DNA from: Euprymna scolopes
Lineage: Eukaryota
Length of the DNA: 64,000 nt
NCBI GenBank assembly: GCA_053919585.1
Contig: CM132804.1
Direction: 5' to 3' (one strand)
The notes beneath the pieces are model-generated. The model did not search any database, was not told the origin of the DNA, and saw nothing but the letters and a program-made list of their open reading frames with translations. Every line of letters begins with the position of its first letter. Position 1 is the stretch's first letter. Position numbers and translations under genes: made by a program. Shown here in pieces: positions 26,390 through 39,299 of this stretch.

Positions 26390-26735
26390 ATTACTTTTCT
26401 GAAATTCATAGATGGATATTGATAATTCGTATTTTTTGGATTCTTCAAACTAATGTTCTCATCTTGAGTGTTATTTTCACAACGCCTCCAACATTCTTCA
26501 AGTGTATCTTGTCGAACTCAGGAATCTACATAGAGTTTTGAATGAAACCCATTATTTAATCCAGGGGGAGGTAACATGCTTTCATTGTGTCAGCTGTGAT
26601 AGAGTTCTAACTAATTTGCAATAGCGTTTTTGACTATCACCTGCACTGAGGATTGAACCTTCAACCTCCAGAAGAGTGTAATTTCAAATGAATTTTTACA
26701 AAGTACTTTATCCACTGTGCCATTTGAGAATTCCA
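26390..26735 (-). mobile_element. Decayed family E-like tRNA-headed element
   Basis: Minus strand: A box TGGCACAGTGG and B box GGTTCAATCC. Body and tail (gttgtgaaaataacactcaagatgagaac) resemble 45350-45715, but the HHR core is partly deleted. Confidence 0.55.
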
Positions 26736-28507
26736 GGGGCTGTACTCCCCGCTTATCTTGGCATTGTTTCCAGTCGTCTAGCATTTCGCCTTGCCAGTGG
26801 ACTCAAGTAGTGACGATTCAGAAGAGCTGTGGTTGGGATTGTGCAACCCTTGCCTCACAATTACACACATAAGGGGTATCCATTGTATCTTGAGACTGAG
26901 CAAGCAGCATCGAACCTAAACACTTGAAATGGTTTCATCTTGCAGTTTGTTTGTTTTTTTATTCGCTAACTTTTGCTTGAAAGTGGATGTTTATGCAGAT
27001 ACAAATAAAAACAATTTGTTCCTTATTATACAGTGGTAGATGTATACTATAATGCACAAGTCGGTATAAATATTGTTTTAAACAAAAAAATAAATAAAAA
27101 GTGCTGCACTATTCCCTTTTAAACATTAAGAAATACTTTTTAGTTTAAAAAGAGAAAATGAAAAAATAAACTGTCCCATTATTTTTGTCCTTTGCAGTTT
27201 TCCTATTGTTCATTTTTTTTTTTTTTTTGGATCCTCCGACAAAAGGAGGGTGGACCTGTAAAATTTTGTACAAACATTAAACATGATATCAGTAAAAAAA
27301 ATGTAAGAGAACCGATTTTCCAGGAAAACTCCGCCCCCCCCCCCCTCCTACGTGTGCCTTTCCGGTTAAAATGGCTAAAATTGACACTTTTGTGCTTATT
27401 AAAAAAATTGATGCCTTTGGTTTTTATAAAACTTTCTGAAAAGTTATAACTATCTGATCTCTATATAATCTTGTTTGTCTATACTTCGCGATAACTCTTG
27501 GGTGTGCCCTAGGGGCTCTTTTAAAGCTAAAAAAAAACACTCCATTTTTGGGACTATTTTACCATATTTGTCCAAAATTTTCTGTGTATTGTCTATTTAG
27601 CAGTTTTGTGTGGTGCTGAACTCAAATTTAAATTTGTTAAAGCCTTGGGGACTTTCTGGGCTAAATAGGAGGCGGGGCAAATGATGTACTTAGTCATTTC
27701 TTTTTTTGCATGGTGCAGAACTCAAATTTACATATGTTAAGGCCTGAAACTACACCGTTTCTTCATTTTCACCCGGAATTCCCTGGGGACTTTTGGAGCT
27801 AAATGGGGGGGGCAAATGCTGAACTTAGTCATTTTTTTATGCCTTGTTCACTGTGCACTCACGGGGGACCATGCATGCTTCACTTGTTCTTTAATGGAAA
27901 TCCCTTCAGACAAGGTGTTAAGCCACTTGATGTAAGGATCTAACATGAACAACAGATAATTATCACAAAGACAGGAGATGCCTATTGACCTTAGTTTTGA
28001 AATGACCATGGCTATAGATAGGGTGATGACAGTGACCAGGAAGAGAGTTTCACAAGTTTGCAGTTCTTAGAATAGGAAGCTAACAATCGAGGTATCAAAA
28101 CAGTGAATTGATGAACACCACTAGATCAATGAGTCAAACGAGCTGGGACAAAAGAAATAGGTAATAGATGAGAATTCTGAAGAACACATGTCATGATATT
28201 GTTTATTAAAAAAAAAGACTAGCAATATCATGGCTGTTTAGAGAGGTTACAGAGTGTGATCAATCAAATTATACGTTATCAAGAACCTTCAAATGGCACA
28301 AAGATTCAATAACCTCCATTCAGTCTTAGAAACAATGGATACCCTCTGTAAGGGTTCCTGTGCATATAACTATCAAGCAAGATTTGTTCAATCCCCAACC
28401 ATGCCTCTCCTGAATCGACCCTGCCTTATTCCATTGGCAAGGAGGTTCAAGATGACTGAAAATAATGCCGAGATAAGTGGAGAGCACATACAGCACCTGG
28501 TACCATA

Positions 28508-28628
28508 TGCTACAGTACGACATAATCATGTGGACACACCAATTCCGTTAGATCATTGAAGTTAAGCAATGTTGAGCTTGTTCAGCACGAAAGTGGGTGA
28601 CCATTTGGGAATACTAGGTTCTGTATGT
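28508..28628 (+). pseudogene. 5S rRNA-derived pseudogene / possible SINE3 head
   Basis: Collinear with metazoan 5S rRNA: gatcattgaagttaagcaa (box A region), tgggtgaccatttgggaatactaggttctgta (box C and 3' end). Many substitutions. Confidence 0.8.
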
Positions 28629-30463
28629 GCTCTCTGCTTATCTCAGACAGAGATTAACCAGCCCAAATATAACAACAGTACCTCACACAGGGTCTGATAG
28701 TAGATTTGCTGAGGTAGAGAATAGCATTAGATTTGAAAATGTATTTAGAGCAATAGAAAGAATCGATTTTATGAGGAACCCTCCCCCCCCCCCAAAAAAA
28801 AACAATGAATCGAATATATGAATTTCAAGAAAGATTTGATGACAAAGAAAGCCGAAGAAGATTAGGAGTCGATTTGCAATCAGAAGAGGAGCCAACTATA
28901 AGAATTTCTGTAATACATCGGTTTAAATTCTTTTTTCAAAATCTCATCTGAAAGCACCTAATACTTTCCAGGAAATCCATTATTCACCCATTCACAAGAG
29001 ATATTTCATGTCAGAATTAAATAACCTAAAAATGAAAACGGGAACAAGAAGCACTTTTTTTTACTAAGGAATCACCTCTTATTAAGGTCAAAAGTCTCTC
29101 AAGGATAAGGGCTAATGAAATGGATAGCTTGTCAATTCAGCAAAACTATGGAACGGTTGAAAACCATTATGGTATGATAGTACCTATTTACTATGCCTCC
29201 CCACGGGACAGAGTTAGACACCAGGGTCGTTTTTTAACGTGGAGAAAAGGTACAAAAATAAAAATTGTCTCAGTCGTGAAGGATTTCTCCTCCACTGAAA
29301 GAGAACAAGAAATGGAAGTGCAGCATCAGAAGAACAGATGGTATTTATTTGCTCCCCCACTGAGCAAATTAGGCACAAGGCCGTTTTTAATGTGAGGTAA
29401 AAACCAGCTCCCCTAAAAGTAGGCAAAAAGGGGGCACTCTGGTTACCAAAAATAATAATTGTCCCAGTATAGAGGGTTTCCCCTCCATTGACTGGTACAA
29501 ATTATCTTAAGTGCAGCATCTGAAGAATAGATACTACACTTTGATCTTGACCAAAAGGCCAACTCTCATTATCAGGGAGTGTCTCGTTGCTGATTCAGTT
29601 GCATGAAGACTTGGGTTGATAATATCAGTCAAGGATTCTTTCTTGCCAATCAGTCCGACAGAAATTGTGCCATTTTGGTTACCTCTTAGCTGTCAAGCTG
29701 TAGTATTCCATCCTAGGTAGTATCTTTGCCACCCAGCTTTCAGCTAAAGTAAATTTCTTGCTTACTGCCTACGGCACAATGACCAGGGATTGCCGACGGG
29801 TTGCCAAGACAAATTTTAGTTGCTAAAATGCTCCTACAAGGATGCTGGCTTGATTCTCTCTGCTTTACATCTTCCTGTGGTGGGTAAGGAAGTAAATACC
29901 TACCCATCTTGTGAATATGGACTCTTTCAGACACTATGGTGTCGAGGAGATCAAAATGAAGTCTCGAGGTAATTTGGAAGCATTTTTTTTTTGTGTGTGT
30001 AACAACATATTTTGTACTTATGTAACTAAATGTTATCTTATTTATGAACGACCTTTCAATGTTACAACAAAAATGATGAACTGGATTTACAAAATTTGAA
30101 TTCTTATTCATCATTTTTGTCCATCCACTTTTTTTTTTTTTTTTTTCTTATCCACACATAAGAAGTTCTTGAAGAAAAACTCTGTTTATGGAAATTCCGT
30201 TTGATACTAATCATACAAAATGAAGGAAAGAAAGTTCTTGGCAGCTGTGGTAGAAAATAAGTTCTTGTTGAACATCTTCCATAGAAATAATGATAGAGTA
30301 GAGAAAAAAACTAGTGTCGACTCTTCTGTGAGAAAGGGGTTGTAGAAAATAGAAGAGCCCATCTCTTACTAGATTGCGAAGTTGGTTTTGTACTACATCG
30401 AGAATGAAGCATTTACAATAATTATCATGCTTGCATATTAAATAACCCAAAACATTATCATCA

Positions 30464-30977
30464 TCTGTTATATATAAAAGGGGCAGCTGCCTATGTGTAT
30501 GCGTGTTTGTATGTCCAGCAAAAAATTAAAAAAGCAAAAATAAAGTACAAAACAAACAACTACAAAGTTGGTATATTCTTGATCAGCATTACCTGGATGT
30601 ATAATATCTAAAATTTAGAAAAAGTTATTCATTCTCTAGGATTTTACTGGGTCATTTTTCATCATAATTTTTTTTTTTTTTTTATGTTATTATGTACTAA
30701 TTTGGAAAGAAAATGTCAATCCATTCCGCGAGGAGTCTCTTGTATAAAAGAAAGTTATCTGTGTATTAGTGTGTGTATGTTTAGCAAGAGAGGAATAGGC
30801 TGGGCGCATGAGTAAGAGGGGTTGAGGAGAGAAAGATAGAGAGCTTTGGTTTGGTTGTTTCATTTTACGGTATATTGCCGAAGCCAATAATTTTGGAAAA
30901 AAAGATTTTATGCTTCAAGTTTTTTATATCTTCAAATATTTATCTATGCTCGTATTTGGTTTGGTTGTTTGTAGGGA

Positions 30978-31018
<41 letters not shown>

Positions 31019-31238
31019 TATTATTATTATTATTTTGCTTTGTGGAACATGATTGAGTTTTGCAAAAGAAATAGAAAATAAAAACAAAAACAATATCAAT
31101 GTTTGCTGCAGTTTAGTTCAGCAGCCAGTATCGTAAGAGAACCTGATCTGGTAGCACCAATGATAGACAGATGTAGAAAGATAGATGTTTTAATAGGCTA
31201 CACTCTTTGTCCCAGGTAACGCCGGATAACCCTGCTAG
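30464..31238 (+). mobile_element. Non-autonomous Helitron
   Basis: 5' A|TC..tatataaaag; 3' hairpin cccaggtaacgccgg followed by CTAG. Confidence 0.55.
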
Positions 31239-32556
31239 ATCTGCTGAAAGTAGAGTTCCATCATACAACTTCTGCATCTGAGACGTTGTGTAAGCAGAAC
31301 TCTGTGCAATTGATACAAAGAAATTGACATTTTTACCAATTTTCTTTTAAAAATGATAAAAAGTAAAATATTTATTCGCATTGCCTTTTTCTTTCAGCTT
31401 TTCGAAATCATTTCATAGAAAAACACACAATGCGAAAATGGTAAAGCATTGAATTTTAACTTAATTAAAAGAAGCCATGTGTGTTTCGAAGCAAGTAAAA
31501 GAATACGAGAGCACTCAGCAACTAATGCTATTGGCACTAAAAATTTAAACAATCAAGTCGTAGTCGGTCTATTGGCATTATCATCCGTATTTTATTCGCG
31601 TATTAGTCGAGCATCTTTATCTGAACGGCGCATAAATGGCGATTTTTGAAGTCTTAAAATGATTTTTGAAAAAAAGTTTGAAAAAATATTTTCTTTTATT
31701 ATAATGGCAAAACAAAATTGTAAGAATAATTTAATGAAATTAAAAGAACATAAAACATGAAATAAAACTAAATTATTTTTTTCTTTTTAAATTACTTTTA
31801 TAGAAATTTGTTTTGGTGAGTCAGTTTAATAGAAAATCAACTGTTTTGTTTTTTAAAATATTTCATATCGACCATAATACTTATTGTTAATGATTCATTA
31901 TATATGCAACTATAAATTGCAATGTTCACCCATTGACGAAGAAGCATTATCGGTTTATACATTTTTTATAGCATTATTATCTAAATCTATATTCTAGTAG
32001 GCGAAAACAATTTCATATTCCTACGTACGTCATTGCAATACACCCTTTTTTCAAAAGATGAGATCGCTCGATCGTTGAAAATGCAATGCAAGAAAAAATA
32101 ATCTTCTAAACTTCATCTGATGCTTCTGTTGTGTCAGACGTGAAACTCAAAGTAAAATACATATTCTTAACCTCCTGGTGAGGATCAAAGTGTAGTTCGC
32201 CAATGAAATAATAATAACACGACTTTTTATAAAATTTTATTTTCTACAGGCAATACATATATATATTTTATTTAAAAAAAAAAAAAACACGATTTGATTG
32301 GGAAATCTTATGTAGAACGACCCTGGGTGTGTTTGTAAATGAGAGATTTAGCTAGGATAAGTGTAAATCAATCAAAGATACAGTGACGAGACATAGACCC
32401 TCCCTCCCAAATTTTTTGATCAGCCTTGTGCTTAATATTTTGTTTCGTTAATTTTCTTTGGCAGAAAAAAAAATATATATATATCAAAGTGTGGTATCTG
32501 TTCTATCAAAGGATGGTACAATAATATTGTTGAGTATGCGTTCATGCCAGAGGTTC

Positions 32557-32612
<56 letters not shown>

Positions 32613-32616
<4 letters not shown>

Positions 32617-32706
32617 TTTAAAATTTCGAATCTCGCTAGATACAGCCACTCTGATGAGTCGTAGACGATGAAACACGTGTCAGTGGATGATTACATTTTA
32701 AAAATA
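32613..32706 (+). mobile_element. Family D ~95-nt tRNA-T-arm + hammerhead element inside (AT)n
   Basis: TTCGAATCTC B-box remnant at about 32625, followed by a complete HHR. Flanked on both sides by (AT)n. Confidence 0.75.
32646..32686 (+). ncRNA. Type I hammerhead ribozyme, canonical core
   Basis: CCACU-CUGAUGA-GUCG UAGA CGAU-GAAAC-ACGU-GUC-AGUGG. Stem I is perfectly paired, stem II has 4 bp, stem III is the palindrome ACACGUGU. Confidence 0.9.
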
Positions 32707-32871
32707 ATATATATATATATACCGGTCCCCATGTGGGGGTACCAAATTGGTTAAAAGGGAAAATTATTCCCAACTCGCATTTAGGTAAAAATGCACTTTC
32801 GTAAATAATTGAATTCATTCAAAACATATCGCTAAAACCAAAACAAAACAATATACATATATATATATAAA

Positions 32872-33157
32872 TCCACTGTGAAAAATTTCCCCCACTCTAT
32901 ATCTGTGCCTAAATCAAAACGCGGATTCCATGAACAAAGCTTCGTTCTTAGAACTGCACGCCTGTGGAACTCTGTTCCGTCTGCCTGCTTCCCTCCGGAC
33001 TACAACTTGGATGTCTTCAAGTCCAATGTTAACAAATTCCTAATGAACCGCCCCCTTAAGTAAACACTTCAGCAAATCTCCTCACTAACTTAATGTACTT
33101 GCAATAACCCTTATCCCTGAGTGGCTTCCGGGTCTTGATAAGTGGTGATCACTGTGT

Positions 33158-33160
<3 letters not shown>
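32872..33160 (+). mobile_element. CR1/Jockey-group LINE 3' fragment
   Basis: Near-identical to the 3' end of 6433-8800 (ORF 32878-33063). Inserted among (AT)n. Confidence 0.9.
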
Positions 33161-33224
<64 letters not shown>

Positions 33225-33987
33225 TACTATAATACGCTAACAATTTTATGTAGGTTTTAATATTACCCCCCTTTCTTTTTAGATGAGACTGTCTGATCAC
33301 CGAAGATGCAATGCAAAAACAAAAATCATTTTTTTAATTCCACCTGATGTAAGTCTGGTGTCGAGCATGAAACTCGAACACAAATACACCCTCAGGCTAG
33401 GATCAAAGTGCAATATCAGTTTTATTCAAAATTGTTGAAATAATATTGTGACATCTGCGCTTCAAATATATTTCCCGTTATAAATAAAAAACAAAAAACC
33501 TTAGTAAGTGGTGAGACTGCATATCTTAACCTGGCAATGTAAGGATGGGCCAAAGTCTTATCTGGGCCTTATTTCTCCATATTGTATGAAGTATAATATC
33601 GTTGGATTTGATTTCATGCCAAGCGTATGGAAATATGTCACAAACATCTGCAAGGATGTTGGAGATAAAGCTGATTAGCTAGAGTGTTAGGTAAGTATGT
33701 TTCAATTTGAACAAAGGTAGTTCAATAATATCGAGGGGTTTGTGTTTGTGTCAGACGTTTATAGAATGCACAGCAGTAATATACAAAGCATGAAGAATGC
33801 ACTGTGAATTTCCACAGGTCACACGTGTTATCATAAAGACAATTTGATATGAACTCGGTTGAATGGACTTGTAACGTTGTACACTTTTATACAACATGTT
33901 GTAGCCTCAGTCGGAAAGTAGAAACAGAATAGAAAAAAACTTCAACTTGCTTTTTCTTTGTTTCTTCAGTGTTAGAGCCGTGACGTC

Positions 33988-34092
33988 ACTCATGTTATCT
34001 CGAACGTTCTTTCCGTGTCTCACGTGATCTTGAACATTCTTTCAGTCTCTCACATGATCTCGAACGTTACCTACACCTCTAACGTGATCTCT
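33988..34092. repeat. 30-bp minisatellite, about 3.4 copies
   Basis: Unit approximately cacgtgatctcgaacgttctttcagtctct. Confidence 0.8.
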
Positions 34093-34539
34093 TTTTAAAA
34101 ACTTTATTTTTCCCTGCTGATGATTTCATTTTGTATGCATTTTCATATACCTGTCTGCTCTATATTGCAGACTATAGCGCATGTCCATTTATTATAATGG
34201 CCAAAATAATTGTAAGAAAAAAATAAATTAGTTTGCAAAATAAATAAATAAAACAGAACATATCTATTATTTCTTTAAGATTTTTACAGAAATTTGTTTC
34301 AGTCAGTCAGTTCAATAGAAAATCATACGGAACGCAATATCTATCGTTAATGAGTCATTAACTATATGTGTTTGTATGTTCAGTGAAATAAAAAAAATCA
34401 ACAATAAAGTACAAAACAAATAACCACAAAGTTGGTATATTCTTCATCAGTATTACCTGAATGTAAAATACACGTAAAAATTGCTATTTTTAAATGCATA
34501 CCTTTCCCAACTGTCGACCAAGGAAGAGTCGATCAGGCA

Positions 34540-34860
34540 TACGTACACAGTGTGATGATGTCTGGAAGAGAAACCTGACCAGTGAAGATTAAGGACATGC
34601 GTTGCATGGAGAGGAATGATATAAAAATGATAGGGTGCATGAGTTTTAAAAATATGCTTAGATCTGACGACCTCAGAGGGAGATAAAATCTGGACAAAAT
34701 AAAGAGATGTATTCAGAGAATATTTCGATGGTATGGTCACTTTGAAAGAATGGATAACAGATGTAGAACAGTTGAGGTAGCAGATTCAGTTCACAAGATA
34801 GGCCAAGGAAAATAGGAGAGGAAGTGATAAGGATGTAAAGTTGCTGGTAAAAACAGAGGA
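34540..34860 (+). mobile_element. Decayed RTE-type LINE 3' fragment
   Basis: Relics RET*PVK, RWYGHFERM and RPRK..EEVIR. Confidence 0.55.
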
Positions 34861-35802
34861 AAGAAATGCATAAATCAATCCAAGTTTTTATTACCAATAA
34901 TTTCCCGTCTCAACACCACTTATAAGTTTCTCCCCATCGTCTATTTTGCCTGGTGTCCACTTTTCTTTTTCCTCTGACCTTATGCCGGCCACTGCTGGCC
35001 CATTCTCGTCCTTAACTTTATACGTCAGTTTTCTTCAACCCGCATTTTGCTTCTCTCCCAAGCACGTTGTGTCCTTTTTCTCTTATTTTTTTTTTGTTGT
35101 GGCAACTCGTATACGCTTCTTAATTTGCATATGCGCATTTTCACCTGCAGCTGCTGCTAATCTCTTCACAAGCCAGCCATCTTTCACTGCTGCTGCTATT
35201 TCCCTCGCATATGCACTATATTACAAGGATAGACTTGAGAGAAATAGTGATAGATAAAGATCTGATCAGAGCAAGCAAACCAAATACCGCAAATAAATAT
35301 TTGAAGATATAACGAACTTAAAGGATAAAATGACAAAATTCTGGATTATATAAGACGAAAAGGGTTGATATGTCATGTTACAAAACAATCAAACTAAACA
35401 TCTCGAGGAGATTAGACACAGGGCCAGATGAGGGTTTTGATGAAAATGTTTCTATGGAAGGAATTAAAACTGAAAAATTTAAAAACATCAAATTTAAACA
35501 AAGTAAAAAAAGTCTTATAAGCTTAAACTAAACACGTAGAGTATGCCTGGAGGGTCCGTGCGTCTCTTTTAATCAGAGAAAGGGTTTTTCTTCTACTCAT
35601 TTTCCTTCGCCGATCTGCAGTGATTTCAGACAGTTTGCCCCCCTTCCCGCATCATTTGGAGCATTACAAGTTCATAAATTTCTCATTGCAACTAGAAACT
35701 CAACTTCGCACCAATATAATTATTTTTAGTGTTCTTTTTTTATTCTTCAGAGTTTAGTGCTTCAGCCCCCAAAATCTTACACTTAAATGCTGTAGAAACA
35801 CA

Positions 35803-35882
<80 letters not shown>

Positions 35883-36985
35883 TCGAGGAGATTTATAGAT
35901 GACCTTATATGCATAAACGATAATGATGAATTCGAAAAAAATAAACATCTTATATATCCAAACGAACTAAAATTAAATTGTGAACATAGAGGACAACAGG
36001 CTACATTTCTGGATTTAGATATAAAAATTGAGGATGGGATTTTTCTTTATAAAATATTTGATAAAAGAAACGCATTCCCCTTTAAAATAGTACGTATGCG
36101 CTGTAAGGATAGCACCTGCCCTGTTTTTGTGTTTTATGGAACCATTATGTCCGAGTTTTTGAGAATAGCTCGCGTTACTCTAAAATTAACAGATTTTATA
36201 CCACCAGTTTCTAGCTTAGTAATAAGGATGATAAAACAAGGTGGAGATAAAAATAAAATATTTAAACAGTTAAATAAAGCATTTGTTCGTTATCCTGATG
36301 CTTTTGAATCGTTTAAGATAAACCAGACTATATTAATAAAGGAAATCCAAAACTATATTAGCAATGTATAAAATGTATTTATAATTACATATAATAAATT
36401 TATAGATATAAAAAAAAAAAAATTTATCTATGTAAAAATAAAATATTTTTAACCTTTATATATCTAATTTTAAATAAATAAGAATGTAAATATACAAACT
36501 ACTAACTATAGTGGGGGTGATAAGTAGTTAAATGGATTAATCCAAATCTTATAAATACAAGACTGATAAATTAAAAAATATAATCCATTTTAAATGTGGA
36601 AATTGATGAATCGCACAGGTAAGAAATTCATTTTTATACTATGAAAAGGTTAGTAATTGCAATTAAGAATAGGAAATTGAAAAAAAATTTTTGTAACATG
36701 TCTTCTTCCTAAGATTAAGGGTGGTGGTGTTTGATCAACACTGCTGGGGAGCCATGATGTAATATACTGTTTTGTTTTTAAATCCCCGAAACAGTGTTTC
36801 ATGGTAAACAACTGATGATCCCTTGAAAAGAAAAAAAAAAAAAATTGGTATTATAGTAAATTCGAGAGAGTTGATGCAGTGATTGCAGGTGATTAAATGA
36901 CTTACTGACTAGATGGTTTTTTTTAACGAATGATAAAAAGTAATTTTTTGTATAGTTTCAAATGTTAAAAACTTCAAAGACTATA
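35883..36985 (+). mobile_element. 5'-truncated Naiad-like Penelope-like element (RT C-terminus + 3' UTR) in a (TA)n tract
   Basis: Frame 35883-36371 is open: RFIDDL..IYPNELKL..ATFLDLDI..IFDKRNAFPFKIVRM..FYGTIMSEFLRIAR..RMIKQG. The ORF stops after the thumb with no C-terminal GIY-YIG. (TA)n lies on both sides. Confidence 0.8.
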
Positions 36986-37268
36986 TATATATATATATGT
37001 TTCAAATAATTTAATCTATTTTTTTTCTAAATAATAATTACGAGACCGGATCTTATGTTTTAGAACTTAAAATACTTTTACGGAAATAGTAAAAAAAAAA
37101 AAAAAGAGAGAGAGAGAGAGAAAGATAACTTATACGTGTGTGTTTTGAAAACAATTAAAACACTCAATGCAACTAAAAGCTGAGAGATGAACTCATTATC
37201 TACAGTCAACTGTACTTAGTTCATCAGCTAACATGAGCACAATTAATAAATAACTCATTTATAAATTA

Positions 37269-37665
37269 CTTGCAGAAGTACCCGGTGTTGCCCGGGAGAA
37301 AAATGTAACATAACTTCTATCATTCCTTTTACCTCTTCACACTCTGTTACCTTTTTGCCCAGCCCATTCCTCTCTCTCAGTATATAAAAACACATAAATC
37401 TAGTCAGCATAAGGGAAATAACTCTTTATGAAAAGAATCAGAGTTTATTCCTTTGACATAATAATATTACAAGATGTGTGCATGTCTTCATAACATTATA
37501 TGATATAAATGTCTCGTTCACCCCCAAATAACATTTATTTTTTAAATTTTGCATATTATACATTCAGGTTTATGCCAATTAAAAAAATACCAACTTTGTG
37601 GGTGTTTGTTGAGTATTTTTCAAGTTTTAGCTGGACATACAAATAGACATTTGTAGTTCATATAC
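37269..37665 (-). mobile_element. Non-autonomous Helitron (decayed)
   Basis: The minus-strand 3' end CCCGGGCAACACCGGG hairpin lies about 10 nt before a CAAG (mutated CTAG) terminus. Confidence 0.5.
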
Positions 37666-38648
37666 TAAATTTAAAAGTGTATTTTGTGTTATTTTTTTGT
37701 TACTATTAGGTCAATACTCATCAAGACCAAGATCCACTCGAGGATAAAGATTAATGAGATGAAAATGCTTCAAGCATAAAGATGAGGAACAATATGAGAG
37801 TACAATCATCGATTAATGGTATAAACTGATTTTTACGTATGGGGCAAGATTTTATTGACATTGGATTTGGCAATGATCAAGTTGTAATCAACAGGGAAGC
37901 AGTCCTTCGGTTATGTTTTCTACAGATAAGAAGTTATTACCAAGGAAATACTGCCTTATGCTAGGCACATAGAGAGAGACAGGGAAGTCTGTTTTCCATA
38001 TAGTAGCAAAACAAGAACTTCCGTTTCCTTTTTCTATGTATCAAATACCTAACAGAATTTCCATAAACTAAGTTTGATTTTTAGAACATTACAAAGTTTA
38101 CTAGAAAATACCGCAAGGATGCTTCCAAGTCGATTACAACATGATCATTTTCAAGTCTAATGTGAACAAATACTTGCTAAACTATTCCCTTGGATAATCA
38201 ATTGCTCTCAAATAATCTACCCATTCCACCTATTATTTCAAATCCTCTCATGGTGGCAATCATCATTCCAATGATAATCATAAACTCTTGAGTGGGTCGC
38301 TGGCCTCGATAAGAAGTATCTCATTAGAAAACGCACGGAGACACACACAACGATTGAATGCCTACTGGGAAGAATTTGAATAACTACTAGACACTATCAT
38401 CGAGTGTTTAAGGTCTCTCTGTACAAAGGTTTGTCAGGACAACCTGACATGAGTATACTTTCCCTGCAAGTAAACCCGGACTAAATATTCAAAATAATTT
38501 GCGGCCCAAAATAAGATCTGGCTTTTACATGGAATGGTGCACTTTCTCCAAGTGATGTTACCTCAAGTAACAGTACAAAGCTGGATACTCCACTAGATTA
38601 GATGAATTCTTGTCATGGAATCTAATAACACCAAGAGACCATAAGAAA

Positions 38649-39174
38649 GGGTACTCATGCAGATATTGATCCAGACATAACTCAGTGTTCGCTTGGCTTT
38701 CCCAAGAACATGACATAATAATAACGCGCAGTGATTTTCTACTTGACTGCCCCAGTGTAGCAGAAACACCCCCAATCTCCCAATGTTAAGAACAACTTTT
38801 GAGGTTGGAGGTGTTTATTCCGAAAGCCATTCTTAACATGGAGAGGTTGGGAGTGTGTATACTACGCTGGGGCAAGTCATAAAAAATACCTGTTAAAAAA
38901 AAAAATTTGTTTAAAAATTATTTGATACAACCCCCCTCCCCCCCAAAAAAACCTTTTCTTCACACAGATAATAAAAATAAAAAATTACTGTAGGTTTTTG
39001 CTTTTTTTTCTGTTCATGTTACTGCATTTAAAATTTTCTTTTTTTTTTCTTTTATGTAGCGTTGTTATGATTTCATCGGCAATGCTCGGCATTTTCTGGC
39101 TGTCGATGTCATGTTCAGGGGGAAAGCCGAGCGAACGCTGAGTTACGTCTGGATCAATATTTGCATGAGTACCC
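38649..39174. mobile_element. MITE with ~55-bp TIRs (GGGTACTC...GAGTACCC) and apparent 6-bp TSD AAGAAA
   Basis: 38649-38703 is the reverse complement of about 39119-39174. AAGAAA occurs at 38643-38648 and 39175-39180. Contains a second foldback at 38730-38892. Confidence 0.8.
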
Positions 39175-39299
39175 AAGAAAGATATACTGTAACAAATGGA
39201 AATGGTTAATTGGGGAGAGGAAAATTATGTTCCCAATGTCTTTACTAACTCAGTGTTTGAGAGGTATTTGAGAACTTTAATGAAATATTCGAATATCTA

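Noticed and set aside
33988-34092. CRISPR-like array
   Set aside because: Contiguous tandem units without unique spacers, in a eukaryotic context with no cas genes.
36750-36820. SECIS, HDV-like or twister ribozyme in the Naiad-like UTR
   Set aside because: An ATGA and an AAA loop are present but there is no properly placed GA quartet partner. HDV P3/L3 and twister core motifs are absent.
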